A stretch of 57,193 nucleotides of DNA from Armatimonadia bacterium (GTDB lineage: Bacteria > Armatimonadota > Zipacnadia > UBA1398). Position 1 is the stretch's first letter, and each line of letters starts with the position of its first letter. Shown one piece after another: positions 42,072-51,532 of the stretch. The stretch lies in NCBI GenBank assembly GCA_014730065.1, contig WJIW01000269.1:1-57193 (forward strand), written 5' to 3'. The notes beneath the pieces are model-generated. The model was not told the DNA's origin. It was given only the letters and a program-made list of their open reading frames with translations, and made no database searches. Position numbers and translations under genes: made by a program.

Positions 42072-43607
42072 GTGGTAGGGGTGCCGAGCGTAGTGGGAGG
42101 CTCGTGCTTGCAGACGTCAGTGCTACTCCTCTTGAGTGTGGCCGTGTTCCCCATGGGTGCCCTGATGGGTCTCCTCCTCCCGCCCCTACTCGGCACCCTG
42201 GGGCGGAAGATGAACGAGGACGAGGATCCCCGAGTCGCCGCCGCTTGGATGACCATGGCCATCTCCGGGGTCGGGCTGGTTCTGGCGATCATCGTGGCCC
42301 GAAGGGCCGGGCAGGCCGAAGTCGTTCAGGTCATGGTCGGTGGCTGGGGGTTGTTCGTCGGTGACGCCATGGGACCCATCGGAGTGGCCTTGGTCTCGGC
42401 CCTGGGGGTTCTCGCCGGCGCCGCCATGCTCCCTCAGCTCCCCGGTGAGCGGCCCCCCTTCGCCAGCGTGATGCTGGCCTGCGGGCTGGGCGCGACGTCT
42501 TTCCTGGCGGTGGACCCCCGCCAAGCCATCCTGTGTCTGGGCCTGATGATTGTGGCCCTGGGATTCGCCCTGGGCCGCGGCTCGGAGCTCCGAGAGGCAC
42601 GTCGCTCGGGCTGGCTGTTCGTCGCCGCCTGCGTGCCCGGGTTCATCCTGATGGCATGGGCCGTGCTGACCACAGCGGGGCGAGCGGGCATGCCCGACAT
42701 GCAGCTCATCCGGGAGCTGGTGGCGGGGGAGATAGCGGCGAACGTGGCGGCCATCCGGGTGCTCACCGTGGGCTACGGTCTCCTGCTGGCCTTGCCGCTC
42801 CTGCCCTTCCTGGCGCCCGATCTTCTCTCTCGGCGGCCCATGGGCGCCACGGTGGCGGCGTACGGCATCGGAGCAGCCGCGGTCTCCTGGCTATTTGCGC
42901 GGTGTGCCTTCCAGCTCTTCCCCTATGGTGAAGGTTGGGACCTGGCGCGCCGGGGATGGGTCATCCCCGCCCTGGCGCTACCGTCGGCGGGCCTGATGGT
43001 CTCCGCCTGTGTCGCGCGGGCGCCCAGCTCCATGGTATCCCTGGCCTTGGCGGGCCAGGGGCTTTGGGTTCCCCTGGGCTTCGCCACGGGCGGCCGCGCC
43101 GACGCGGGCTTCGGGATTGGGATTGCGCTATCCATGGCCATCCCCTTCGGCCGCGCGGCGATCCTCGCCGTCACCTCGGCGAGCCGCGAGGTGGCGCCCC
43201 GGCGCTCCGAGCCGCTGGTGGCGGGATTGCACAAGGGGGCCGGGGTGGTGGCGGCCTTGGCTCTAGCCGTAGCCGCGCTACGTCTGCCGTGGCCCTTCCA
43301 TGGGGTGTGGCGGTGGGTCGCCCTGGCGCTGCTTGCGCTGCCGGCGGTGTACCTCGGCTACCGGGTGGCTCGGTTCAGCCTCGCCGAGAGGTCGCGACGG
43401 GGGCGGCTGTACGCCATTATCGGCGCGGCTTCGGCGCTGGTGGCGCTGGTAGCCGCTGTGCCCACTCCCCTGACAGCGGCGGTGGCCCGCACCGCGGAGC
43501 GCGACCTGGGCCTACACAAGCGGTTCCTTGTTGGACCGGGCGGCATGCCCCCGCCGGTTAACGCGCCCGGTGCCGTCAGGCCCGGTCCCGGCGGGTCGGC
43601 CGAGTGA
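42072..43607 (+). CDS. Hypothetical polytopic membrane protein (about 12 hydrophobic segments)
   Basis: GTG at 42072, with in-frame ATG alternatives downstream. Continuous Ala/Leu/Gly-rich helices. No motif I can assign. Confidence 0.5.
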   Translation: MVGVPSVVGGSCLQTSVLLLLSVAVFPMGALMGLLLPPLLGTLGRKMNEDEDPRVAAAWMTMAISGVGLVLAIIVARRAGQAEVVQVMVGGWGLFVGDAMGPIGVALVSALGVLAGAAMLPQLPGERPPFASVMLACGLGATSFLAVDPRQAILCLGLMIVALGFALGRGSELREARRSGWLFVAACVPGFILMAWAVLTTAGRAGMPDMQLIRELVAGEIAANVAAIRVLTVGYGLLLALPLLPFLAPDLLSRRPMGATVAAYGIGAAAVSWLFARCAFQLFPYGEGWDLARRGWVIPALALPSAGLMVSACVARAPSSMVSLALAGQGLWVPLGFATGGRADAGFGIGIALSMAIPFGRAAILAVTSASREVAPRRSEPLVAGLHKGAGVVAALALAVAALRLPWPFHGVWRWVALALLALPAVYLGYRVARFSLAERSRRGRLYAIIGAASALVALVAAVPTPLTAAVARTAERDLGLHKRFLVGPGGMPPPVNAPGAVRPGPGGSAE

Positions 43608-43620
43608 CCTCCGGCTGCCG

Positions 43621-44838
43621 CTATGGGCTCACGCGCCACGTCTGGCCCGGCCGCAGCGTGGCTCTCGGCGTCTTGCCGATGAGCGTCTGCCCGTCCTCCG
43701 CATAGACCAGGAACCGGCCCCGGACGGGCTCATCCAAGCCGAGCAGCACCCGATCGGGTCCCAGGGCTTCCTGGCCCTCGAGACGGATGCCGTCCTCGGT
43801 CTCGAACACGACTCTCTTCTGTAGCCATGTGGCGAACAGGCGGTTCTCGTTCAAGGCTCGCACGGCGCCGGCACCGTACAGCGCGCCCAGCACCCGCTGC
43901 CCATCCACGACCCACCCGATGGCCACGATGTAGGCATCGGCATCGCTTCTGGATTCGATGAGGAGCTGGGAGGGCTCGAACTCCATGCCGTCCTGTGAGA
44001 GGGCATAGCGCAGCTCCCCCCGGTTCATATGGAGTCCCATCAGGTACCAGGTGTCTCCGTCCACATCCAGCCGCTTGACGTCGTTGACCGCGAGGGCCTC
44101 GGACAGAGCCGGGCCGTCGAACTGGTATGTCTCGAAGTCTTCGCTGGTGGCGCGGTAGACGGTCCCGAAGTTCTGGAAGTCGCCGAAGTAGAGCCGGTAC
44201 AGACCATCCTCATACATCAGTGCATTCATGCCGTTGATGTCGGCGTTGCTCCAGTTGGGGTACCCCTCGATGGTGAGCAGGTCGTCGTACTCGGCCACAT
44301 GGGGCAGATCGCCCTCCCAGTGGAGCCCGTCCTCGCTCTGGAATCCGATGGGCCGGTTCTGGCCGTCCGGCTGGTGGGGGTAAGCCGTGGCGACCATGCG
44401 GTACTCGCCCGATGGGAGCTTGATGACGCAGCAGTTGCACACATGGATGAAGGGCCCGTGTTCGATCACCGTGCGGCGGTCGGCGAAGCCCAGAAAGTCC
44501 TCGGTCCATGCCGTGTATATGCGGTCATTGCCCGTTTCCACGCCGTCCCACGCGCCGTAGTACAGCCGCCAGCCGTCGGGCTCCCGAATGGCCATGGGGG
44601 CGTAGATGTTCCGCAGCGGCCCTTCCCTCGGCTCCAGAAGGGGATGACGGGCGTCGAACTTCAGGTTCAGCGTGCCCGCCGACCAGAGCAAGGGGTCGAA
44701 CTCGCCGGCGGATACGCCGCTGATGGTTACGGCGCCGGCGAAGTCACCTTCGCCCGCCGGCTCCACGGTCCAATCGGCGCCGGCGGCAGAGGCGAGGAGT
44801 AGCGCGAGGCATAGCGTGCAGATCCACAGGGTCGTCAT
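43621..44838 (-). CDS. Secreted beta-propeller-type glycoside-hydrolase-like protein (GH43/GH32-clan-like; tentative)
   Basis: Part of ORF 43621..44898. The ATG at 44838 follows GAGAGGAA and gives signal peptide MTTLWICTLCLALLLASAAGA. Repeated W/Y-rich blade-like segments (WRLYYGAWDG, YRMVATAYP, LYRLYFGDF, TWYLMGLH). The family call is weak. Confidence 0.4.
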   Translation of the reverse strand: MTTLWICTLCLALLLASAAGADWTVEPAGEGDFAGAVTISGVSAGEFDPLLWSAGTLNLKFDARHPLLEPREGPLRNIYAPMAIREPDGWRLYYGAWDGVETGNDRIYTAWTEDFLGFADRRTVIEHGPFIHVCNCCVIKLPSGEYRMVATAYPHQPDGQNRPIGFQSEDGLHWEGDLPHVAEYDDLLTIEGYPNWSNADINGMNALMYEDGLYRLYFGDFQNFGTVYRATSEDFETYQFDGPALSEALAVNDVKRLDVDGDTWYLMGLHMNRGELRYALSQDGMEFEPSQLLIESRSDADAYIVAIGWVVDGQRVLGALYGAGAVRALNENRLFATWLQKRVVFETEDGIRLEGQEALGPDRVLLGLDEPVRGRFLVYAEDGQTLIGKTPRATLRPGQTWRVSP

Positions 44839-44852
44839 GGCAGGCGTTCCTC

Positions 44853-46208
44853 TCAGTCGGTGGGTGCGGCGAACTCGTCGCCCGTATCGGCGGCCCACTC
44901 GCGCAGCATGTCGTTCAGCTCCCGCCGTTTCCGGTGGAAGGCCGGATCATGGGCCAGGTTGACCAGCTCGTAAGGGTCCTCGTTGAGGTTGAACATCAGC
45001 CACGGCATGCCCTCGAAGGCGGCGTACTTCCAGCCATCGGCGGTAACTACGCCGCGCCAGGTCTTATCCACGCTATGCCCGTGGCCGGTGGGGACGACGA
45101 TTCCCATGTATGCGGAATCTGGCTGGGTCACCTCGGGTCGCCCCGGCAGGATGCGCCCGGAGTAGTCGGTCCCTCGCATCCATTCGGGTGTGTCCAAGCC
45201 GCAGAGGCCCAGGGAAGTGGGGGCTATATCCACATGGTTGATGGGCGCCGGGCACTCGCCGCGGCCTCGGCCGTAGAAGGGCTGGCCGCCGCCGATGATG
45301 CAGGGCATCCGGATGGACTCCTCCCAGGGTGACGTCTTCCGGAACTCACCGTGGCTGCCGTGCATGTCGCCGTGGTCGGAGAAGAAGATGATGTAGGTGT
45401 CATCGGTCAGGTTCGCGTCGGCCAGGGCCCGGCGAACCCGGCCGACGTTCCAGTCGAGATTCTCGATCTGGGCGTAATAGCCCGCCAGCTCGCGCCGGGC
45501 TACGTGGGTCACCCGGGGAATGTCCGGCACATTCGGGCGGAGCTGGACGGTGGCGGGGTTGTGCCGGGCCATCCACTCCTGGGGCGCTGTGTACGGATCG
45601 TGGGGCGGCTGGACCGAAAGCACGGCGAAGAAGGGCGCCTGGGAGGGGATGGTGGCCTCTACGTCTCGGCCCCGGGCCCGGATGTAATCGATAAGCAGAT
45701 CGGTCAGGCAGTCGGTCTCGTAGCCCGGGAGCCGGTGGTGGAAGGCGCCATCGTCCTCGCCGCCGTGGACCCACGAGTCCCACTGGCTGTTGTTGTTCTC
45801 GTACCCGACCCAGCTCTGGAAGCCGCCGCGCCGCTCGGGCGGGATGATGTGGTACGCGGCTCGCCCCTCGCGCTCCTTGAAGCCATCGAGATGCCACTTC
45901 CCGAAGTACGCCGTGTGATAGCCCGCATCGTTGAAGGCGTGGGCGATGGTGCGGGAGTCGGGCGGCATCTGGTACTCGTGGCCGGGCACGCACTCGTGGG
46001 GGTAGAGGCTGGTGAGGAGCGATCCGCGGAAGGGACAGCAGAGGGGGCTGCCAGCCACGGCGTTGGTGAAGTTCACGCCCTCGGCGGCCAGCCGGTCCAG
46101 GTTCGGGGTGCTCACGTTCGGGTCGCCATTGCAGCCCAAGGCCTGGGCTCTGTGCTGATCTCCGAAGATCCAGATGATGTTCGGTCTGCGCTCGGGGCTC
46201 TCACTCAC
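44853..46208 (-). CDS. Cys-type sulfatase, no signal peptide
   Basis: The GTG at 46208 lies 9 nt after GGGAGGA. RPNIIWIFGDQHRAQ...SPLCCPFRGSLLTSLYP carries C-x-P-x-R. IIFFSDHGDMHGSHG is the conserved sulfatase motif. Confidence 0.85.
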   Translation of the reverse strand: MSESPERRPNIIWIFGDQHRAQALGCNGDPNVSTPNLDRLAAEGVNFTNAVAGSPLCCPFRGSLLTSLYPHECVPGHEYQMPPDSRTIAHAFNDAGYHTAYFGKWHLDGFKEREGRAAYHIIPPERRGGFQSWVGYENNNSQWDSWVHGGEDDGAFHHRLPGYETDCLTDLLIDYIRARGRDVEATIPSQAPFFAVLSVQPPHDPYTAPQEWMARHNPATVQLRPNVPDIPRVTHVARRELAGYYAQIENLDWNVGRVRRALADANLTDDTYIIFFSDHGDMHGSHGEFRKTSPWEESIRMPCIIGGGQPFYGRGRGECPAPINHVDIAPTSLGLCGLDTPEWMRGTDYSGRILPGRPEVTQPDSAYMGIVVPTGHGHSVDKTWRGVVTADGWKYAAFEGMPWLMFNLNEDPYELVNLAHDPAFHRKRRELNDMLREWAADTGDEFAAPTD

Positions 46209-46427
46209 GAAGGCACATCCTCCCTAGCGAGAGAGGGGTTCGCCGACATTCAGTCGAGGCCTGCGGGGCGGGGTCGTTGGTCCCGCTGAGGTCTGGAAGC
46301 CACCAGCGCAGGCAGCCGGGAGTCCATGGCACGCTCTCCATTCGCAGTGTGCCGAGGGAAGGGCTGGGGAAGGAAGCTCGGAACTTCCTTCGTGCGCTCC
46401 CATGATCGAGAAGGGACAGGTAATGCC

Positions 46428-47936
46428 ATGCGACCGATACTAGCCGCGCTCCTCCTGAGCGCCGTTGCCCACGTGGGCTGGGCGCAAGTGCCCGAGGGAT
46501 ACGAGCTGGCCGCCAGCGTGGATTTCGAGGACGGCTCCCTGGATGCCGTGGAGGTCCGGCCGACCAGCGAGTGGGCCATCGAGGATGGGGCCCTGACCAT
46601 CACCACCGTGGGCACCGAGGGCGAGGTCCGGGCGCCGTTCAGCTATGTAACGCTTCCCGGCCATTGGGTGGGCGATCTGGTGCTCACCTTCCGGGCCAAA
46701 TGCCACACCGACCCCGAGGTCCAGGGACGCGATGTATGCGCCTTCCTGGGATGGTCCGATCCGACCCACTTCTCCTACGTCCACTTCTCCAACACCTCGG
46801 ACGGCGTGCACAACGCGATCCTGGAGGTCGACGGCGCCGACCGAGCCCCGCTGGAGCTGCAAGCCGAGCCCCAGGCGAAGCTCACCGACGCCGAGTGGCA
46901 CACTTTCAAGGTGGAGCGGACCCTGTCCGACGGCATGATCCGCGGCTACGTGGACGACATGGAGACGCCCTGCCTGGTGGCTCGGGACCCCGAGCCGTGG
47001 GCGGGGAAGGTGGGCGTGGGCGCCTTCGATGACAAGGCTAGCTTCGACGACATTCGGCTGTACGTTAGGGAGGATCGCATGACCATCGACGACATCCTGG
47101 CACCGGGCGCTGAGGTGGAGCAGATCGCCACCGGCTTCATCTTCACCGAGGGGCCCTCGTGGGACGCTCTGCAGGGACTGCTGAAGTTCTCGGACATCCC
47201 CAACAACCGCATCAACACCATGAGCCCCGAGGGCGAGGTGGGGGTTTTCGTGGAGCCCAGCGAGCAGAGCAACGGGACCTTCTACGATGCCCGCGATGGC
47301 AGCCTCCTGGCCTGCCGCCACTGGGCCCGGGATGTGGTGAGGCTCGCCCCCGACGGCGCGGCGACCGTCCTGGCCGACACCTACCAGGGCGGCAAGTTCA
47401 ACAGCCCCAACGACTGCGTGCTCACCACCAGCGGCGCCATCTACTTCACCGACCCAGCCTACGGCCTGGGTGACCGGGAAGCCGAGCAGGACGTGGAGGC
47501 CGTCTACCGGCTCGACCCCGACGGCACGGTCACCCGAGTCATCGACGACATGACCAAGCCCAACGGCATCCACATCAGTCCCAATGGCGAGTGGCTGTAC
47601 GTGGCCGACTCCATCGACATGTTCGTGAAGGCGTACCGAGTCAATGAGGACGGCTCCTGTGGCGACGGCCGGGTACTGGGCGAGCTGAAGGCCCCCGAGG
47701 AGGGCGTGCCCGACGGCATGACCATGGATACCCAGGGACGGGTGTACTGCACGGGCTCCGGCGGAGTGTGGGTGTTCGGCCCCCAGGGCGAGCTGATTGG
47801 CCGCATCATGGTTCCCGAGCCGCCGGCGAACTGCACCTTCGGCGGCGAGGACTACTCCACCCTCTACATGACTGCCCGTAGCTCAGTGTATGCCGTCAAG
47901 ACGCGGGTCACGGGCTACCTGCCGCCCGTCGACTAG
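46428..47936 (+). CDS. Secreted fusion: ConA-like lectin/LamG (DUF1080-like) domain plus SMP-30/gluconolactonase/LRE-like six-bladed propeller
   Basis: Part of ORF 46326..47936. The ATG at 46428 gives signal peptide MRPILAALLLSAVAHVGWAQ. N-terminal WAIEDGALTI...WHTFKVER...FDDIRLY. C-terminal FTEGPSWD...FSDIPNNRI...FNSPNDCV...IYFTDPAYG...PNGIHISPNG..LYVADS...PDGMTMD...NCTFGG is the classic SGL pattern. Confidence 0.75.
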   Translation: MRPILAALLLSAVAHVGWAQVPEGYELAASVDFEDGSLDAVEVRPTSEWAIEDGALTITTVGTEGEVRAPFSYVTLPGHWVGDLVLTFRAKCHTDPEVQGRDVCAFLGWSDPTHFSYVHFSNTSDGVHNAILEVDGADRAPLELQAEPQAKLTDAEWHTFKVERTLSDGMIRGYVDDMETPCLVARDPEPWAGKVGVGAFDDKASFDDIRLYVREDRMTIDDILAPGAEVEQIATGFIFTEGPSWDALQGLLKFSDIPNNRINTMSPEGEVGVFVEPSEQSNGTFYDARDGSLLACRHWARDVVRLAPDGAATVLADTYQGGKFNSPNDCVLTTSGAIYFTDPAYGLGDREAEQDVEAVYRLDPDGTVTRVIDDMTKPNGIHISPNGEWLYVADSIDMFVKAYRVNEDGSCGDGRVLGELKAPEEGVPDGMTMDTQGRVYCTGSGGVWVFGPQGELIGRIMVPEPPANCTFGGEDYSTLYMTARSSVYAVKTRVTGYLPPVD

Positions 47937-47939
47937 CGG

Positions 47940-49022
47940 CTACCCGGGGCTGGAGCCCTGCCACGCGCGAACCAGCTCCAGCCCCGCTCGGTAGCTCTCG
48001 ATGCGAGTGTTCATCACGGCGTCGTCCTGGCGGCGCTTGGGGTGGACGCCATTGGTGAGAACGATCACGAAGGCATCGGCGTCGGGGTCCATCCACATGC
48101 TGGTCCCCGTGAAGCCGGTGTGGCCGAAGGACCGTGGGCCGAACACGTCGGAGAGGAAGCCCCCTTCCTTCGTCGCCACCCAGCCCATCCAGCGGGCGCC
48201 GTCGTCGTCCTCCTCCTTGGTCATCATCGCCCCGAAGGCGCGGCCGGAGAGCAACGGACCGCCGCCGCGCAGCATGCACCGGGCGAACTTGGTGAGGTCG
48301 TAGGCGGTGGAGAACAAGCCGGCGTGGCCGCTGACCCCACCCATGGCCCGGGCGTTTTCGTCGTGAACCACGCCGACGATGGGCTCGCCCGACTCCTCAT
48401 CAATCTCGGTGGAGGCACATCGGGCTCGCATGTCGGGGGTTGGGTTGTAGCGGGTCTCGGACATGCCGAGGGGCCCGAAGATGCGCTCCATGGCCAGCTC
48501 GTCCAGGGTCTTGCCCCCCAGCCGGGCCACGATCTCGCCCAGGAGTATGTAGCTCAGGTCGGAGTACTTGCGCTTCTCGCCGGGCTGGGTGAGCAGCTCC
48601 TCCTCGAGGATCGCCCCCAAGACGCCTTGGTAGGACGAATGCTCCTTGTAGTATGGCCGCCACCAGATGAATCCCGCGGTGTGGCTCATAAGCTGACGAA
48701 CGGTGGCCTCGCCCGGTGGCCGGCCCGCGAACTCGGGCAGGTGCTTCTGGAGCGGGTCCTCGAAAGCAAGATCGCCCGCGTCGTACGCCATCATGGCCAG
48801 AGTGGTGGTAGCCACCACCTTGGTCAGGGAGGCGAGGTCGAAGACGGTGTCCAGCCCCAGGGGCTTGGTGGTGGGCACCGTCTGGGCGTGGCCGTGGTGT
48901 CCCAGGAACAAGGTCCGCTCCGTCTCGCCCGCACTGACGACGATCCCGGGTATCTCGCGCTCGCCTGTCGCTCGACGCATCACGTCTCGCACGCCGGCTA
49001 TCGCTCGGTCGATGGTCTCCAT
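47940..49022 (-). CDS. Serine hydrolase of the beta-lactamase (class C / esterase EstB-like) family
   Basis: Part of ORF 47940..49151. The ATG at 49022 lies 8 nt after GGAGG. Motifs: FDLASLTKVV (S-x-x-K), KYSDLSY (Y-x-N-like), FGHTGFTGTS (H/K-T-G). Confidence 0.8.
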   Translation of the reverse strand: METIDRAIAGVRDVMRRATGEREIPGIVVSAGETERTLFLGHHGHAQTVPTTKPLGLDTVFDLASLTKVVATTTLAMMAYDAGDLAFEDPLQKHLPEFAGRPPGEATVRQLMSHTAGFIWWRPYYKEHSSYQGVLGAILEEELLTQPGEKRKYSDLSYILLGEIVARLGGKTLDELAMERIFGPLGMSETRYNPTPDMRARCASTEIDEESGEPIVGVVHDENARAMGGVSGHAGLFSTAYDLTKFARCMLRGGGPLLSGRAFGAMMTKEEDDDGARWMGWVATKEGGFLSDVFGPRSFGHTGFTGTSMWMDPDADAFVIVLTNGVHPKRRQDDAVMNTRIESYRAGLELVRAWQGSSPG

Positions 49023-49111
49023 GGCCGCGCCTCCTTCGGTCCGTGGAGGCAGGATTCGCGCACATCGGTGGCGCACCTGCGCTCCAGCACCCACACAGGA
49101 GGTAGCTCGCG

Positions 49112-51520
49112 ATGATGGCGTTCCTGCCGCTGCTGGTGCTCGTCGCTGCACAGCCTGGGGAGACCGTCTGGCGGTCGGGCATGGAGGGTGGCTACCCGGC
49201 GTGGAGCCTGCCCGAAGCCTCCATGGGCGAGGTAACGGACGCCAGAGCCGCCTCGGGCGATCGCGCTCTGCGGATCGTCGATACCGACGACGACCGGGGC
49301 GGCTCGAACGTGACGTCGCCGCGCTTCGCCGTGGAGCCGGAGCGCGCGTACACGCTGCGCATGCGCGTGCTCACCTTGTCCGGGTCGGGTCTGGGCATCT
49401 ACCCGCGCATCTACGATGGGGCGGGGCAGATGATGCTGCCCGGGGACTACTTCCATCGCGGCGCCCCCAGCCAGCCGACGGGGGAGTGGCTCACCATGGA
49501 GGCCACCTTCTTCGCGCCCAAGGGGGCAGTGGAGGCCGACATTTGGATCCACAGCTACAGCCACGCCACCGTGGAAGCCTATATCGACGACGTGGAGGTC
49601 ATCGAGATGGGACCTGCCAACATCGAGCGACCCTGGCCCCCTCAGTACAAGCTGGATCCCGAGGAGCAGGACCGGCTGACCCCCGCCGATGTGGTCGGGC
49701 CCGATGGCATCGTCTATCCCGACTGGCGTTACGCCGGTGTGCCGGGTGGCGTGCCCCATGTGGAGACCGTTGCGCGGCTGCGCGACTTCGGCGGACTGCC
49801 CGATGGTGCCGACATCAGTGTGCCCCTGGAGCTGGCCGTGGCCGAGGCGGCCCGGTTGGGCGGCGGGGCGATCGAGCTGGAGCCCGGGCAATACAACCTC
49901 GCCCGCCCGGTGTTCATCTACGATGACGGCATCGTCATCCGTGGCGCCGGCCAGGACGAGACACAGATCCTCTTCACCTACCGGGTCCCGCCCCGCACGG
50001 TGCAGTTCTTCACGCCCACCGATGGCCTGCTTACGCCCTCGACCCCTGTGGAGATCCACGCGAATCCCGAGGGATTGCAGGCCATGGAGATCCGCCTGGA
50101 GGGCGAGGTGCTGAGGAGCTGGGAGCCGAGCACCCATTCGGGTAACACGTTCCAACTGTATCTGTGGGGCAGCGAGGTGTTGGACGCTGAGGGCGAGGGC
50201 GACGTGACGCTCACCGCCTACGCCCGGTGGGATGACGGCTCCGAGGACGTGGATACCCTGACTGTCGAGGCCCGTCGGCCGGGGCCCGATGAGCCGGATC
50301 CCCACCTCCGAATGCGCCGCCAGCGGTACCGGGCCATCGCGGCCCTGACCTTCGCCGGGGCACCGAACCTGGGGCCTCGGCTGCTTCTGGCCGACGACGG
50401 CGATCGGGGCGACCTGTGGATCAGCCTACAGGAGACGGACGGGCTCAGCGTCGGCGACGCCATCCACCTCGAAGCTCCGGCCACCGATCGTTGGAAGAGC
50501 CTGACGATGAACCAGTGCCCTTGGGGCACGTACCGGCGGTACGAGCTCCGCGTCGAGGAGATCGAGGGCAACCGGGTCCGCCTGAATCAGCCCCTGCGGA
50601 TCGATTACCCGGTCATCGATGACGCCTATGTGCAGCGCCGCGAGCCCATCCGCCGATGTGGGGTCGAGAGCCTGACCATCGAGCAGACCGAGAACCTGTG
50701 GATCTCGGCGGTGATGTTCTCGGCGGCCTGGGAGTGCTGGGCGGGCGAGGTGACGGTGCGGATGTGCGGGCGCTGGCCCGTGTACGCCTTGGAGGGCAAG
50801 TGGTGCGAGATCTGGGATTGCGTGTTCGATGACGCCTGGTTCAAGGGCGGCGGCGGCACGGCGTACGCGGGCTGGGAGCGATCGTACGATTGCCTCATGG
50901 AGAACGTGGTGACCCGGAGCTTCCGCCACGCGCCGCTGGTCCAGTGGTCCTCGGCGGGGAACGTCATCCGCCGCAGTCTGTTCGAGCAGAGCGACGGCCA
51001 GTGGCACTCGGGCTGGACCAACGAGAACCTATTCGAGAACTGTGTCATCGAGTCCGTGGCCGACCATGGCGCCTACGGGTACGGCCTTTGGGCCTCGCCG
51101 CCCGAGGATCAGGCCCACGGTCCCAATGGCCCTCGGAACGTTGTCTGGGGCTGCGACATCAGCTCACCCCGGGCGGGCCTGTGGATGGGCGGGATGAACG
51201 AGGGCTGGCTGATCGCCTACAACCGCTTCGTTGTCGAGCAGGGCCCCGGCGTCTTCGCCAAGACCTTCAGCTTCGATCACATTATCCGGGGCAATCACTT
51301 CGAGATCCGCGATGGCGCGTCGCCCATGGTGCTGCTCCAGACGCCCGACTGCCTGGGCGTGGAGCTGATCGACAACCGGCTCTACGCCACGGGCGATCAG
51401 GCCATCCTACTGGGCCCCGCCGAGGCGACAATGGTGGGCAACGAGATCATGGTGGGCGAGACGGCCCCTCTGCCCGAGCGGCCGGTAGATTCGATCTTCG
51501 ACTGGCAGCGAGGCTTGTGA
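49112..51520 (+). CDS. Secreted protein with an N-terminal CBM-like beta-sandwich and a right-handed parallel beta-helix (pectate-lyase fold) region
   Basis: ATG at 49112 lies about 9 nt after AGGAGG. Signal-like MMAFLPLLVLVAAQP. GGGAIELEPGQYNLARPVFIYDDGIVIRGAGQDETQILF is the typical first turn of beta-helix glycanases/lyases. The N-terminus has a CBM4/9-like pattern (ASGDRALRIV...SPRFAVEPERAYTLRMRV). Confidence 0.5.
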   Translation: MMAFLPLLVLVAAQPGETVWRSGMEGGYPAWSLPEASMGEVTDARAASGDRALRIVDTDDDRGGSNVTSPRFAVEPERAYTLRMRVLTLSGSGLGIYPRIYDGAGQMMLPGDYFHRGAPSQPTGEWLTMEATFFAPKGAVEADIWIHSYSHATVEAYIDDVEVIEMGPANIERPWPPQYKLDPEEQDRLTPADVVGPDGIVYPDWRYAGVPGGVPHVETVARLRDFGGLPDGADISVPLELAVAEAARLGGGAIELEPGQYNLARPVFIYDDGIVIRGAGQDETQILFTYRVPPRTVQFFTPTDGLLTPSTPVEIHANPEGLQAMEIRLEGEVLRSWEPSTHSGNTFQLYLWGSEVLDAEGEGDVTLTAYARWDDGSEDVDTLTVEARRPGPDEPDPHLRMRRQRYRAIAALTFAGAPNLGPRLLLADDGDRGDLWISLQETDGLSVGDAIHLEAPATDRWKSLTMNQCPWGTYRRYELRVEEIEGNRVRLNQPLRIDYPVIDDAYVQRREPIRRCGVESLTIEQTENLWISAVMFSAAWECWAGEVTVRMCGRWPVYALEGKWCEIWDCVFDDAWFKGGGGTAYAGWERSYDCLMENVVTRSFRHAPLVQWSSAGNVIRRSLFEQSDGQWHSGWTNENLFENCVIESVADHGAYGYGLWASPPEDQAHGPNGPRNVVWGCDISSPRAGLWMGGMNEGWLIAYNRFVVEQGPGVFAKTFSFDHIIRGNHFEIRDGASPMVLLQTPDCLGVELIDNRLYATGDQAILLGPAEATMVGNEIMVGETAPLPERPVDSIFDWQRGL

Positions 51521-51532
51521 GTCGCGGCCGCT